From positions 186,001 to 250,000 of the IMG/VR virus record IMGVR_UViG_3300028800_000001: 64,000 nucleotides of DNA. One strand, written 5' to 3'. Shown here piece after piece: positions 51,248-61,716 of this stretch (position 1 is the first letter of the stretch; every line of letters begins with the position of its first letter). The position numbers were made by a program, and so were the translations under genes. Under the pieces are notes generated by a model. It saw only the letters and a program-made list of their open reading frames with translations. It ran no database searches and was not told where the DNA came from.

Positions 51248-52078
51248 ATGGTACACTATGTTTCTGAAAATCGTCCGTCTTTTCTCGGTAGAAAGGATTG
51301 TCACGTGCCCACTGTTTCGGAGCGCAAGCTGATGCTTGCCCATTACACCTCAGAGATACCACGTCTCGTTCTTGCGACCATTCCAAAGGATGAAAGCTTT
51401 CTCATGATCCCTGTACGCAGAAGAGAAAGAAGTAGCGGCTATGCCCACTGGAAAAATAGACTCAACAAACGTGTCTATTTGCTAGCGGATGGAAAGCACA
51501 CAGAAATTGATTTAGCACGCCTGCTGCATAAATCACTCTTTTCTATTCACCATGCGCTCGGCATGCTGTTCTTTACCCGCTCTATTGATATCGAAATCAA
51601 ACACAAGGAGAATATGATGCCCCTCAACCCTGATCTCCTACGCGCCACACTGGACTACGTTGCGCCACACGAAGAATCCAATCAGTTTCTTAATGCCTAT
51701 TATCACAATCGTAGACAGGCATTCACAGATGTCTTTTATGGCCGTCTGCGGGTAGAATCGCAAGAGGTGGATAATTTATTCTCTGCCAGAGGCACCGATA
51801 TGCGAGAACAAGGAAAGCGGCTCTTTCAAACCCTCTGGTATATTGTTGGTGGTCTGCAAACAAACGATCAAAGCTTGCCACAGAAAATACAGGAGTTAGG
51901 TATGCGCCATCACGGCTACGGCGTCAAACCGTGGATGTACCCAGTGGTCGGAAAAGTCCTCTTGGAGTCTTTTGAAGAATTTCTTGGCCCTGCCTGGACA
52001 CCGCAAATGCAAGAAAGTTGGGCTGCGGCCTACGATCTGGCGTCCAGTGTCATTCTCACTGCCACTGAAGAGCACTAA
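51248..52078 (+). CDS. globin (Vgb/flavohemoglobin-type globin domain) with in-frame N-terminal wHTH-like region
   Basis: FYxRL, LF, Q(E7), LGxRH(F8)xxYGV, YPVVG, W..AY; second RBS before ATG ~51614. Confidence 0.85.
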   Translation: MVHYVSENRPSFLGRKDCHVPTVSERKLMLAHYTSEIPRLVLATIPKDESFLMIPVRRRERSSGYAHWKNRLNKRVYLLADGKHTEIDLARLLHKSLFSIHHALGMLFFTRSIDIEIKHKENMMPLNPDLLRATLDYVAPHEESNQFLNAYYHNRRQAFTDVFYGRLRVESQEVDNLFSARGTDMREQGKRLFQTLWYIVGGLQTNDQSLPQKIQELGMRHHGYGVKPWMYPVVGKVLLESFEEFLGPAWTPQMQESWAAAYDLASSVILTATEEH

Positions 52079-52411
52079 AGAGCGCAACAGAAAAGTGAGA
52101 AGCAAAAGGGTAGCACTTCTCACTTTTCTTTTTGTATGAACTTTTGCGCGCCGCGCAAGACACCTATGCGAACGCTTCTTCCTCCCAAAAGTACTTGCCT
52201 GCCCAGTGTGGGGCAACTCCCATTGTTGGTTCTTTTCGTTGGTTGTCGGTACGGTACCACCAGGAGCACTGCGTACAGGTAAATTTGAGTGCATTGCCGC
52301 ACGGCGGAATGCAAGAAAAGCTAAATTCCTGATCATAGAGCGTCACACTGTAGCCAGGACAATCTGGTTCGCAAAGCGTGGCACTACTGCATACAGGACA
52401 AAGATCCTCCA

Positions 52412-52963
52412 TCACAACACACTTTCTTTCTGCAAAGCAGGCGTTATTTCTTCTACACGGGTAAAACACCAGCGAAACCAAAGCGTAGACTCTGCGTCCC
52501 AGGCATTCATATTGCACCTGAGACTATTGTGCAGTAACACATTACCACGTGCGGTTAACTGCAAGCCGTCATAGTCTTGTGCTAAGCGTTCAAAGTCAAA
52601 GCCTGTAAAGGTATAGCTTGCAAACTCACTGAAAACGTCATAGAGGCTTTTGACCCGTTCATCAATCCAACTATAGTCTTTGAGGAGCAAAGCGGCCTCT
52701 GCCTCTCCTCTGATGCAATAGATACGCGCTGTGTGCTTTGGCTCTAAAAGATACCAACGCAGCCCATAGGGATTGCCAAAGTCCTCTTTTTTGCACCAGG
52801 ACACCCAGGCTGAATCCTGTGTGCTTTCTCTATACGTGGAAGTCCACAGCCCTGTATTAAATTGTGGTTTCTTGAGGTAGCTCGCGCTCCCCTCATTTTT
52901 GACCGGCGTCACCACTGGCCGTAGTGGCTCCAATGACCGGCTCAGATGTAATTGTGTTTTCAT
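52412..52963 (-). CDS. phage protein, possible ART fold
   Basis: KP..GLWTS...DFERLAQDYDG...WDAES pattern. Confidence 0.4.
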   Translation of the reverse strand: MKTQLHLSRSLEPLRPVVTPVKNEGSASYLKKPQFNTGLWTSTYRESTQDSAWVSWCKKEDFGNPYGLRWYLLEPKHTARIYCIRGEAEAALLLKDYSWIDERVKSLYDVFSEFASYTFTGFDFERLAQDYDGLQLTARGNVLLHNSLRCNMNAWDAESTLWFRWCFTRVEEITPALQKESVL

Positions 52964-53504
52964 ATAAGTCCTCTAATCCAAATTCATAACCGGCCACCGT
53001 GAGCTCCGAGACCGTATCATCAGAAAAATGATACTGCATATGTAAAGAATAATCTTCCTGCTGTATCGCAAATAGAAAAGGGATATCCATTGTTTTTAAG
53101 AGCCACGCGACACGCGATAAAAGACGCTTCGCCTGCCACTCTTTTTCTTCATCTCTCATTCTTGAAACGCACGATAGAATGCCTCTGGCACCAGAAGCGG
53201 GGCATCAGGCCGTACATGAATATACATCTTCGGAGAATAACACTCCAACATTTCTTTGGTGACCACAAACTCTTTCCCACAGCGATCACACTTCCACCGC
53301 TGATCACCCTCTGTGACACTCAGTAGCGTAATCGCAATACCAACACACATCCAGTCTTCTGAAAACATTCTCTTCGAGCTCCTTTCCATTTTCACGCAGT
53401 TTTGTCTACCCTCAAGTATAAAGAGAGTCAAAATAAATATCAATGCGCAATCGTATCATCTTTTCCGTCAATTCATTGCACCCAAAATGGCTACCCATTG
53501 ATTT

Positions 53505-53816
53505 TTGATTTCGCTCTTCTCTACAATGAAAGAAATATTCAGCGCTGAAAGGAATAGGATGATTGACACCAAATGGGAATATCTCTTTAGTCACGTCAAA
53601 CGTGATCTGATGATGCATACCGTTACCGAAAGTACCAATGCCGAAGGAGAACTGCAAGCCAGGAACGAAGTGGGCGGTATCCCCTTTGCCGAATTTGCAC
53701 AAATCGCTGGCAGCTACGGCTGGCAAATGATTGACTTTCACTCCACCGGCTCCAATATGATCCCAACTGCCGAGTACGACCTCATCATCTTCAAACGCGA
53801 GAAAAGAGACAGCTAA
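53505..53816 (+). CDS. DUF4177-like small protein
   Basis: KWEY...GxxGW...IFKR. Confidence 0.45.
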   Translation: MISLFSTMKEIFSAERNRMIDTKWEYLFSHVKRDLMMHTVTESTNAEGELQARNEVGGIPFAEFAQIAGSYGWQMIDFHSTGSNMIPTAEYDLIIFKREKRDS

Positions 53817-53941
53817 CAAGACGGTGAATTAATTATTTTTTATTTCTTTTTGAGAAAATATTCTGCAAAAATAATTAATTCACCCTTTTCTCTTCTTTCG
53901 TTTTCTTCACACTTTCTTCACTTACTTTTGACACAAATGTC

Positions 53942-53970
53942 TTGACTTATCTGGACAACAATGCTATCAT
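53942..53970 (+). promoter_or_regulatory. sigma70-type promoter
   Basis: TTGACT-17-TATCAT. Confidence 0.7.
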
Positions 53971-54014
53971 TTTCTCAGTCTTGATGTTCCACTTTAAAAA
54001 TTCAGAGGAGAAAA

Positions 54015-54224
54015 ATGTTGGAAGAAGAACAAAAACTTGAACGCGTTTTTACGCAAAGAGAAGCGGCAAGAATATTGAATGTGGTTGAACGCACTATACG
54101 TCGTAGAATTGACGCTGGAGACCTCGAAGCCTACAAAGAGGGGAACCAGTGGCGTATCACTGAGACTTCGCTCCTTCAATACCAGCAAAAGCAAAGAAAG
54201 AAATATGGCAGTAGAGCCGCGTAA
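54015..54224 (+). CDS. excisionase-like HTH DNA-binding protein
   Basis: TQREAARILNV..RTIRRRI..GDLEAYKEGNQWRI. Confidence 0.85.
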   Translation: MLEEEQKLERVFTQREAARILNVVERTIRRRIDAGDLEAYKEGNQWRITETSLLQYQQKQRKKYGSRAA

Positions 54225-54499
54225 GTGAAAAAGAAAAATCCCACTGATTGCGACAGTGGGAACTTCTACCAAATCTACAAGGATAAAAACTTCATTTTTC
54301 ACAGAGTCCAACCTCTGTGTTCAATCGTCGCTGTGCAAGCACCAAATTTGCGAAGGATAACAAATTTGATTGGTTAGGATTATGCCCAAAAGACTGCCTA
54401 ACGCCACGATCTATTAGTATCAGTATACCATACTGGCTAATAATTTTCAAGTGAGCGTATAGGCAGATAGTGTCTTTTATAGGCAAATGTAGGAAAATT

Positions 54500-55951
54500 A
54501 TGGCAAAAAGTAAGTGGTCTAACGCTCAAACAAAGATAACACACGAAGTTAACGAGAAATCGTTACAAAGATATTATGAGTACCGCGCTCAGCAGGTAAC
54601 ACTCGCTGAACAGCAAAGAGAGCAAATTGAGAGTATCAGTAAGATACTTCGCACACGCCCTGACTTTCGTATGGGGATTTCATTCTTAGCAGGAGAACCA
54701 CGCATGCTCGATGATAAAACCAAAGAGCGGTTCTGGCCGCATTACCATATCTGCGCAATACGTGGTGTCGATCCTGTTCATAATCCTTCCTGGCCCTGGC
54801 TCCTAGAATTTAAAGAGAAGATTGTTCACAGGCTGGAGATGAAGAATGAATGGAGTTTTAAATATCGACAGAGTCGCATTATCGAATGCGACGGCATTAC
54901 GCAAACCATGCGCAAGGCATTTGCGCTACAGCAAGGGAAGAAACGCATTTACATGCACAATTTTCTTACCTATAACGAGCGAAAAGCTAGAGAAGCGGAT
55001 ATTGTTGTATGCAAAGAACTGGCAAAAGCCACAAGCGCATATCCACAGCTCGACTTCATGCGCAAATATCTTCATGGCATCCCTTTTACAACTTTTCTCA
55101 ACTTTAAACGAGTGAATAGCGAAAAGACGCTGGAGCTCGCAAAAATGATTGACGATGACGGCGAACAGCAAAGGATTGTGCAAACCATGATTGATGAAGT
55201 AAAGCCACACTATCCAGTATCGCTAAAGAATAATCCCATACTGGCAAGAATTTACACGCCAAATTTCGGCAATGTTATGTCAATCCTGAGAAGAGCATAC
55301 TTCGCTGGATGCCTTGAAGCTGACTTTCAAAACTTCCATTTTGCACTCATGGTTTCTTATTATCCAAATATCATGCGAGAAACCGCCGCTTGGCTTTCAA
55401 AAGGCGAATCGATCTGGAAAGAAATCATGAAAACCATGAAGATTGCTCCTAATTTGCGAGGAACGGCCAAAGGAATAATCAAACCACGTGTTTATTCAAT
55501 CGAATACGGATTTGATCCCTTAAAAGCACAAGAGCTTCTTCATAACGATCTCAAAAAAGCACGCATCCCAAGGAAAGCCGATCTTTTCAATTGCGTTTAC
55601 GTAGACGAGCTTGCCAGAGCAACACAACAATGCCTTTTAGATATAAGAGATAAAAAAGAGTTAGCAGGCCCATACGGAACAAAACAATGGGATACAACAA
55701 CAAAAGAAGAAAGCTTCCTTGCTAACGTTTTTCAGTCATGGGAAATAGCAGTACGTTTCCCCTGCTACGAATTTGCTTCAAAACAAAAAGCCCAGTGCAA
55801 CAGCATTTTTGATATTGTGCTTGATCAGCACGACGGCTTCACTGTACTCCCAGAGAAAGGAAAACAAGAAGAAACAAAACAGCAATTATTAAAAATCGCA
55901 AACAAAACACTTTCAGATTACAAAATTAATAGCAGTTTAATTTTTAAATAA
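54500..55951 (+). CDS. family A polymerase-like protein (palm/fingers only; candidate replication protein)
   Basis: ARIY, motif A LEADFQNFH, motif B RxxAKxxxKxxxYxxxYG, motif C QHDG. Confidence 0.6.
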   Translation: MAKSKWSNAQTKITHEVNEKSLQRYYEYRAQQVTLAEQQREQIESISKILRTRPDFRMGISFLAGEPRMLDDKTKERFWPHYHICAIRGVDPVHNPSWPWLLEFKEKIVHRLEMKNEWSFKYRQSRIIECDGITQTMRKAFALQQGKKRIYMHNFLTYNERKAREADIVVCKELAKATSAYPQLDFMRKYLHGIPFTTFLNFKRVNSEKTLELAKMIDDDGEQQRIVQTMIDEVKPHYPVSLKNNPILARIYTPNFGNVMSILRRAYFAGCLEADFQNFHFALMVSYYPNIMRETAAWLSKGESIWKEIMKTMKIAPNLRGTAKGIIKPRVYSIEYGFDPLKAQELLHNDLKKARIPRKADLFNCVYVDELARATQQCLLDIRDKKELAGPYGTKQWDTTTKEESFLANVFQSWEIAVRFPCYEFASKQKAQCNSIFDIVLDQHDGFTVLPEKGKQEETKQQLLKIANKTLSDYKINSSLIFK

Positions 55952-56587
55952 TGATCACACGCTGCCCACCACCCAACCCCCCCTTGATACACGGATTCAG
56001 GGTACAAAAAGTGGTCTTCAAGCCGCTTCTGGAGAGGGCTGAGATAGGTTTTCAAATCTTGCACGTTTTACGTTAATGGTATCCTCAGCCCGCTCTACAG
56101 GCGGTTTTATAAGATTTTTTGAAAAAGTGCAATCGGCCTCTGGAGCGGCTTCAGGGCACCTAAAATTTCAAACTTTACAAAAATTTTACAATTGCGTTGA
56201 AGCAACGGTATGTGCGAAGAGATTGGGTGCTAAGGCAAGGCTACAAGCAGTACCAGGGCAGCAAGAGCGGGTATTCGGTCTCATGCAGGTGCAGTTCGAT
56301 AAGGTAAGCAATCACTATGGCATTATCACGAAGCTTGTTCTCAAATATCCATAGCCCCTATTGCTTCCCCAGGACCGAAGAACAACAAGAAAGAAAGAAC
56401 AAAGATACAATAGCCGGAAAAAGGCTCAAAAAAGTGGCAATGAAACCGCTTCTAGAGCCTTTTTGTAAAGCATCAAAAAATGAATCATGATTTTGCGTTA
56501 GGCTATTTAAGTTAATATTACGGGCATGTTTTTAAGCGTTAATTTTTGTCTTCTTTTTGAACCATAATGTCTTTTCGGACAGAAGTA

Positions 56588-56616
56588 TTGCTTGTTAATT
56601 ATGGGCATGTTATACT
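56588..56616 (+). promoter_or_regulatory. sigma70-type promoter containing array-type TTAATTATGGGCA site
   Basis: TTGCTT-17-TATACT. Confidence 0.65.
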
Positions 56617-56663
56617 CAATTATACGATGTCTCAATGAACTTAAATGATTAGGAGAAAATTCA

Positions 56664-56861
56664 TTGTTTAACTCCATACCGGCTTATACATTGTCGCAAG
56701 TGGCGAAGAGATTAAGTAGGCCAAGAAGCACCATTAAACTTTGGCTAAATGAAGGCGTGGTTCCGTCTTGGAAGTGTGGCGGAATTGTGATTGTACGTGC
56801 TGAAGACGTTCCAAAGCTACAACTTCATTCTGATGAACATCCAGGCCGCAGCAAATTTTAA
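56664..56861 (+). CDS. excisionase-like HTH protein
   Basis: TLSQVAKRL..PRSTIKLWL..G; AGGAG RBS, TTG start. Confidence 0.7.
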   Translation: MFNSIPAYTLSQVAKRLSRPRSTIKLWLNEGVVPSWKCGGIVIVRAEDVPKLQLHSDEHPGRSKF

Positions 56862-56911
56862 TAATTTACTTACGTATAACATTTTTCAAAAAAGAAAGGA
56901 ATTTGATACAT

Positions 56912-58447
56912 ATGTTTGAAGTAGTTACACAGGCTGAGGCCGCAAGATTGATCGGAACAACTTCTGCTGTCATCCAAAATCTTATCGCAAAAGGAGTTGT
57001 TCAAGCCAATCGGCAAGGTAAAACGGTGCTCATTCACATCTCAGAGTTGAAAAAATTACTTACAACAACGCATTTAACGTTTGAACAACGCCAAAATCTT
57101 GAACGAGCGCTTACCGAGAATGATAAAGAGACGGAAATAAGAGACGATGATCAAGATGAGTATATAGAATCAGCGAAAAGCATTTATGAGCAGAGAGCCG
57201 TCACAGAACCGCTTGACCCAAACGTTGGAAGTTTGTACCAGAAATGGATGAGTGGAGATCTAATTCTCGATCCAGATTTTCAGCGTGAATTTGTTTGGGA
57301 GCGCCCCAAAGCTAGCCTTTTCATTGATTCGCTTGCGATTGGAATACCAACGCCAACAGTATATATATCAGAAGAGGCAGATGGAAAATGGATTGTTGTT
57401 GATGGTAAGCAACGTTTGAAATCCACTTTTGATTATATCAGCAAGCGCTGGGGTTACGATGGCACGATCTTTCGTTTGTCGAAGGATTTGGAAAATTTAA
57501 AGCTTGCTGGTCGCAGTTTTGATCAGTTAGATGGTGTGACGCAGCGCGGTATTATGAATGCCTCCATACCTGTTACTATTATACGTGAGCCATTTCGTCC
57601 CAAAATAAAATGGGAGATTTTCATACGTATTAATGGAAAGCCAACCTCATTGAATCATCAGCAATTGCGAAACGCAATTTATTATGGCCCGTTCCTCTCT
57701 TTTACACGAGAGCTTGCACAAAATACGACATTGCGAAGGTTGGTGCATCCTAGCCGCAAGACGAAAGAAGCTGAATATCAGGAGCATGTTCTGCGCTTCT
57801 TCGCATTTGATAATACTGATATACCCAATTTCAGAGGCTCGCTTAACACGCTGCTTGACGCTACAGCAGATCGATTCCAACATCGCAGCGAAAAAACATT
57901 CTTGCCGATGAAGGCGAGGTTTCTTTTAGCGTTGGAACGCAGCGAAGTATTATTCGGTGATAAAAGCTTCGTGCGCCTCAATCCAGGGAAGAGACTGGTT
58001 GATCCAAATGGTTATTGGTCAAAAAATTCTACCAATAAATATCTTTATGATCTACTAACCTGGGGGCTGATACGCATCGATGCGCAAGACTTCGAACTGC
58101 ACCAAGATTCACTGCGTGAAGGATTTTTGCACTTCTTTGCTACGAATCAGCGAATGCAGGTGCATATTAATAGCGGCTTGAGCAGTGGGCAAAACAAGGC
58201 AGTCAAAGAGCGTTTTGAACTCTTTGATACTTTTTTACAGAAGCTTTTGGCAGAGTTGCACGAAGTCGAAGAACCGTTTACATACGATTGGAAGTGGCAG
58301 CACTTTCATATAACCGATTTGTGTACTGTTTGTAAGAAACCTATACAAGAACGTGATGATGCGGCGGTATACGGCATCAAAAATTATTGGACAGAGCAAC
58401 CGGTAGGTGAAGTATCGTTTGCTCATCGTTGTTGCGTGGATTATTAA
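56912..58447 (+). CDS. HTH + DUF262 (GmrSD N-terminal, ParB/Srx-like) + C-terminal Cys/His domain
   Basis: TQAEAARLI HTH; PDFQREFVW, VVDGKQRL, FIRIN; CxxC...HxxC tail. Confidence 0.8.
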   Translation: MFEVVTQAEAARLIGTTSAVIQNLIAKGVVQANRQGKTVLIHISELKKLLTTTHLTFEQRQNLERALTENDKETEIRDDDQDEYIESAKSIYEQRAVTEPLDPNVGSLYQKWMSGDLILDPDFQREFVWERPKASLFIDSLAIGIPTPTVYISEEADGKWIVVDGKQRLKSTFDYISKRWGYDGTIFRLSKDLENLKLAGRSFDQLDGVTQRGIMNASIPVTIIREPFRPKIKWEIFIRINGKPTSLNHQQLRNAIYYGPFLSFTRELAQNTTLRRLVHPSRKTKEAEYQEHVLRFFAFDNTDIPNFRGSLNTLLDATADRFQHRSEKTFLPMKARFLLALERSEVLFGDKSFVRLNPGKRLVDPNGYWSKNSTNKYLYDLLTWGLIRIDAQDFELHQDSLREGFLHFFATNQRMQVHINSGLSSGQNKAVKERFELFDTFLQKLLAELHEVEEPFTYDWKWQHFHITDLCTVCKKPIQERDDAAVYGIKNYWTEQPVGEVSFAHRCCVDY

Positions 58448-58482
58448 TAATCCACGCCCCTTCTAATTTGAAAGGAACTGCA

Positions 58483-58956
58483 ATGGAACAAAGACAAGAT
58501 GAAGAGCAGGACGAACGAATATTTTTCGTTCAATGCTGGAGCGTGCAAAAAGTCGAGCGAGATTTACACTACGTAACACTCTATACTGCTCAAGGAAAAA
58601 TGTGCAAATGCGCTACGCGTAATGGATGTCACTTTGCTGAAAAAAGTTTCTATATTGTTCGCCCAAAGTCGGTGCGCGAAAAAGTCTCGAAGAACGGCAA
58701 AGAATACCTTGCTTTTGGTGGTACATTTATTGAGCGCAAGATTACAAGGCAGGATTATTATCGAGCCAAGGAGGCTCCGCAAGAGGTTTTTGAAGAAGCA
58801 AGACAGCGTCCATCTGTTGCGGATAAAAGAAATGCAAGGAAAGATAGGAAATTTGAAGAGTTTGTGTTTGAAATGAATTTTGGCTATCATAAACCAGGAG
58901 GCACCATTAAGGACGTTATGGATGCCTATGGGGATTTGCCTGGAATGAGAGGGTAG
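58483..58956 (+). CDS. hypothetical protein
   Basis: AAGGA RBS before ATG. Confidence 0.55.
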   Translation: MEQRQDEEQDERIFFVQCWSVQKVERDLHYVTLYTAQGKMCKCATRNGCHFAEKSFYIVRPKSVREKVSKNGKEYLAFGGTFIERKITRQDYYRAKEAPQEVFEEARQRPSVADKRNARKDRKFEEFVFEMNFGYHKPGGTIKDVMDAYGDLPGMRG

Positions 58957-58994
58957 ATACGAAAAAGAAATCAAAGCGCAAAATCATTGCGCGC

Positions 58995-59603
58995 ATGCGA
59001 CCGGTGAACAAAACCACTTCCAAAGAAAAGCCACGTAAAAGCGCTGAGGAGCTTGAGGCGCTGGTCGATTCTTTGGCTGAAGAGTTGGACGATCATAGTG
59101 AGGCAACCCGCGCTGCGCTCTTCTCCTTCGTGCTGCATGCAGGTTACAAAGCACCAGTGCTTATGCTCGGTGTTATTAACCTCACTCTTAGAGTGCATGG
59201 AGGAATGGCGATTGAAGCAGGGGTGAAGCTGACCAGCAAAGCTGATTGTTTTTATTATCTTTTGAAGCGTGACTTTCCAGCCATTTATGAAAATGTCATG
59301 CGAGGTGGAGCGAAAAAAGCCAATGATGCGCAAGACCTGATCTTTCAGGATGACGTGACATGGTTTGAAGAGCATCCAGAGAGCATTCAGCTTATGCGTA
59401 GCAAAACACCAGTTGAAGATTTCCCAACGAACTGTGTGATCATTGCGCAGCTTGCGCCGCGCCGCCATGCGATTGTGCCTACGCCTGTAAAAGAGCAGGG
59501 AAAAGCGTGGGACGCCTTAAAGAGTGGCACACGGTTGGATGTCTCAGACATTGATCTGAGTGAAGTCCTACCAGGGAAGGAAGATTTACCTGGACTATTG
59601 TAG
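58995..59603 (+). CDS. hypothetical protein
   Basis: 202-aa ORF. Confidence 0.6.
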   Translation: MRPVNKTTSKEKPRKSAEELEALVDSLAEELDDHSEATRAALFSFVLHAGYKAPVLMLGVINLTLRVHGGMAIEAGVKLTSKADCFYYLLKRDFPAIYENVMRGGAKKANDAQDLIFQDDVTWFEEHPESIQLMRSKTPVEDFPTNCVIIAQLAPRRHAIVPTPVKEQGKAWDALKSGTRLDVSDIDLSEVLPGKEDLPGLL

Positions 59604-59748
59604 AATAATAAGAGAAAGTTTGATGCTTTCTCTTATTATTCTCCTCCTAGAATTCTTCTTTGCTTTCTCCCCAATTAAATTTTCTTTTCAAAAAATAAAA
59701 AATGAGAATCTTTTTGTCTTTTTTCTAAAAATTGGAGGCACTTCTTTT

Positions 59749-60903
59749 ATGTACGATACAATTTCTTTGTTTAGCGGAGCAATGGGGTTAGATCTTGGCC
59801 TTGAAAGCATAGGTTTCAGAACACGTATTTGTGTTGAGATCAATGCACACTGTTATCGAACGATCCAGCAAAATCGGCCTTATCTTCCAGTCATTTTCCG
59901 AAATATACAAGAGGTCACAACGCAAGAAGTTTTGGAAGCAGCGGGGCTCAAAAGCGAGGAAGTTTTCCTCATCTGTGGTGGGCCTCCTTGTCAGCCATTT
60001 AGTACAGCCGGAAAGCGAAAATCGACAGAAGATCCCAGAGGAAATCTTTTTAAAGATTTTATACGCTTCGTTGAAGAAATCAGGCCATCATATTTCTTAA
60101 TGGAAAACGTAAGAGGGATATTATCTGCTGCAATAAAACATAGACCGCTTGATAAAAGAGGGAAAACAAACTTGCCGCTTGAGGATGATGAGACGTTGGG
60201 CTCTGTACTAGAAATTATTCTCGATGAATTTCAAAGAATTGGCTATACAGTAACCTATAAGCTTGTAAATGCAGCAAATTATGGCGTTCCACAATCAAGA
60301 GAAAGAGTTCTGTTTTTAGGAAGTAAAGACGGGCAGAAGATTCCCTTTCCGCCAGAGACACATGCAAAGAAACCTTCGGGTGGAATGCTTCCTTGGATGA
60401 CATTAGGAGAAGCTTTTGAAGGGTTAGAAGATTCCTTTCCTCAGTATCAGTCTTATAGCGAAACTAGAGCAAAGTTGTTTGATATGATATTGCCAGGGAA
60501 AAATTGGAGATCGCTCCCGCAAGATGTTCAATCAGAGGCTCTAGGTGGGGCATACAATTCAACAGGAGGAAGAGTGGGTTTCTATAGAAGATTGTCATTT
60601 GATAAGCCATCTCCAACGATAATTACAAGTATGATACAAAAAGCCAGTGGTATGTGTCACCCAGTTGAAACGCGCCCGTTGAGTGTACTCGAATGTAAAA
60701 CCTTACAGCAGTTCCCTGTTGACTGGCAGATCTCAGGCAATTTATTGGAACAATATCGCCAAATTGGCAATGCAGTTCCGATAGGACTAGGTAAAGTTAT
60801 GGGGGAAGCAATTCTTCGTGCCGAGAAGGAAAAAGAGGAATGTGTTGGTTCACCCATAGAAAAGCTTGACATTGCGTTACTACAACTCCAAAGTGTATTG
60901 TAA
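59749..60903 (+). CDS. DNA (cytosine-5)-methyltransferase
   Basis: SLFSGAMG, GGPPCQPFS, MENV, PQSRERV, IGNAVP; GGAGG RBS. Confidence 0.95.
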   Translation: MYDTISLFSGAMGLDLGLESIGFRTRICVEINAHCYRTIQQNRPYLPVIFRNIQEVTTQEVLEAAGLKSEEVFLICGGPPCQPFSTAGKRKSTEDPRGNLFKDFIRFVEEIRPSYFLMENVRGILSAAIKHRPLDKRGKTNLPLEDDETLGSVLEIILDEFQRIGYTVTYKLVNAANYGVPQSRERVLFLGSKDGQKIPFPPETHAKKPSGGMLPWMTLGEAFEGLEDSFPQYQSYSETRAKLFDMILPGKNWRSLPQDVQSEALGGAYNSTGGRVGFYRRLSFDKPSPTIITSMIQKASGMCHPVETRPLSVLECKTLQQFPVDWQISGNLLEQYRQIGNAVPIGLGKVMGEAILRAEKEKEECVGSPIEKLDIALLQLQSVL

Positions 60904-60946
60904 CTCGTAAATGCGAGAGGAAGCGCCAAAACTTCCTCTCTCATAA

Positions 60947-61486
60947 CTACACCTTCGCTCCAACCGCACCACTGTTATCATCCTCTTCCACTATTTTCTG
61001 TATGGGGCCGGTCTCCTGGTCTCTGTATCCATGAGGGAACAGAAAATCATACATATCCTGAGAACTAGCCTGGACGGCATCAATGCTACTCCTTGCACCA
61101 TCAATGACTTTCGTATGCTCTGTATGACGACTGTTATAGCCACGCATGAGGGCAAGATATTGCCAACGCAGCTCATTGATTGCTGCAATCGCCTGATGCG
61201 TGTAGATGCTGATAGCATCTTGCAGCACTACATTGCCTGTAAAGGGTGGAGAGAAACGATACACAGCCGCTTCTACGTTTTTCAACCGACGATCCAGGTC
61301 TTCCTGGCGTTTTAAGAGCACACGCTGATTTTGTAAGATATCGTGCTCTGCTTTGTCTAGTTCATCTTTGAGATACTCTTTGGTCTGCTGGTTCTCTGTC
61401 TTCATGCTTGCCATGTCTTGACGCACTTCTTTGAGTGCATCTAAAATTCGTTGGGTTGAGCCCCACACAGGCAGGTATCCTTTCAC
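60947..61486 (-). CDS. coiled-coil hypothetical protein
   Basis: 179 aa, heptad-rich. Confidence 0.5.
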   Translation of the reverse strand: MKGYLPVWGSTQRILDALKEVRQDMASMKTENQQTKEYLKDELDKAEHDILQNQRVLLKRQEDLDRRLKNVEAAVYRFSPPFTGNVVLQDAISIYTHQAIAAINELRWQYLALMRGYNSRHTEHTKVIDGARSSIDAVQASSQDMYDFLFPHGYRDQETGPIQKIVEEDDNSGAVGAKV

Positions 61487-61716
61487 TTTTCAGGAGGCGG
61501 GTACAAAGAGGGTGACACTACATTGGCTGTTCCTTTCACACAGTACACGGTTGCTCTTGTGTTTGTCAACAGGGAAGCAGTATACTTTTTTGATAAATTG
61601 CCAGATTGCTCGTCTTTTTTCTTATAAAAGCGCTGTACTGGTGGAATATAGTAAATGTGCAGGGATGTTTTTTCTGGAATATTCACGTGCAAAGAAAAGC
61701 GAAAAGGATGGAACAT

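Noticed and set aside
59560-59748. Hydrophobic N-terminal extension of the methyltransferase
   Set aside because: GGAGG RBS precedes ATG 59749, where motif I begins; the extension is AT-rich intergenic DNA
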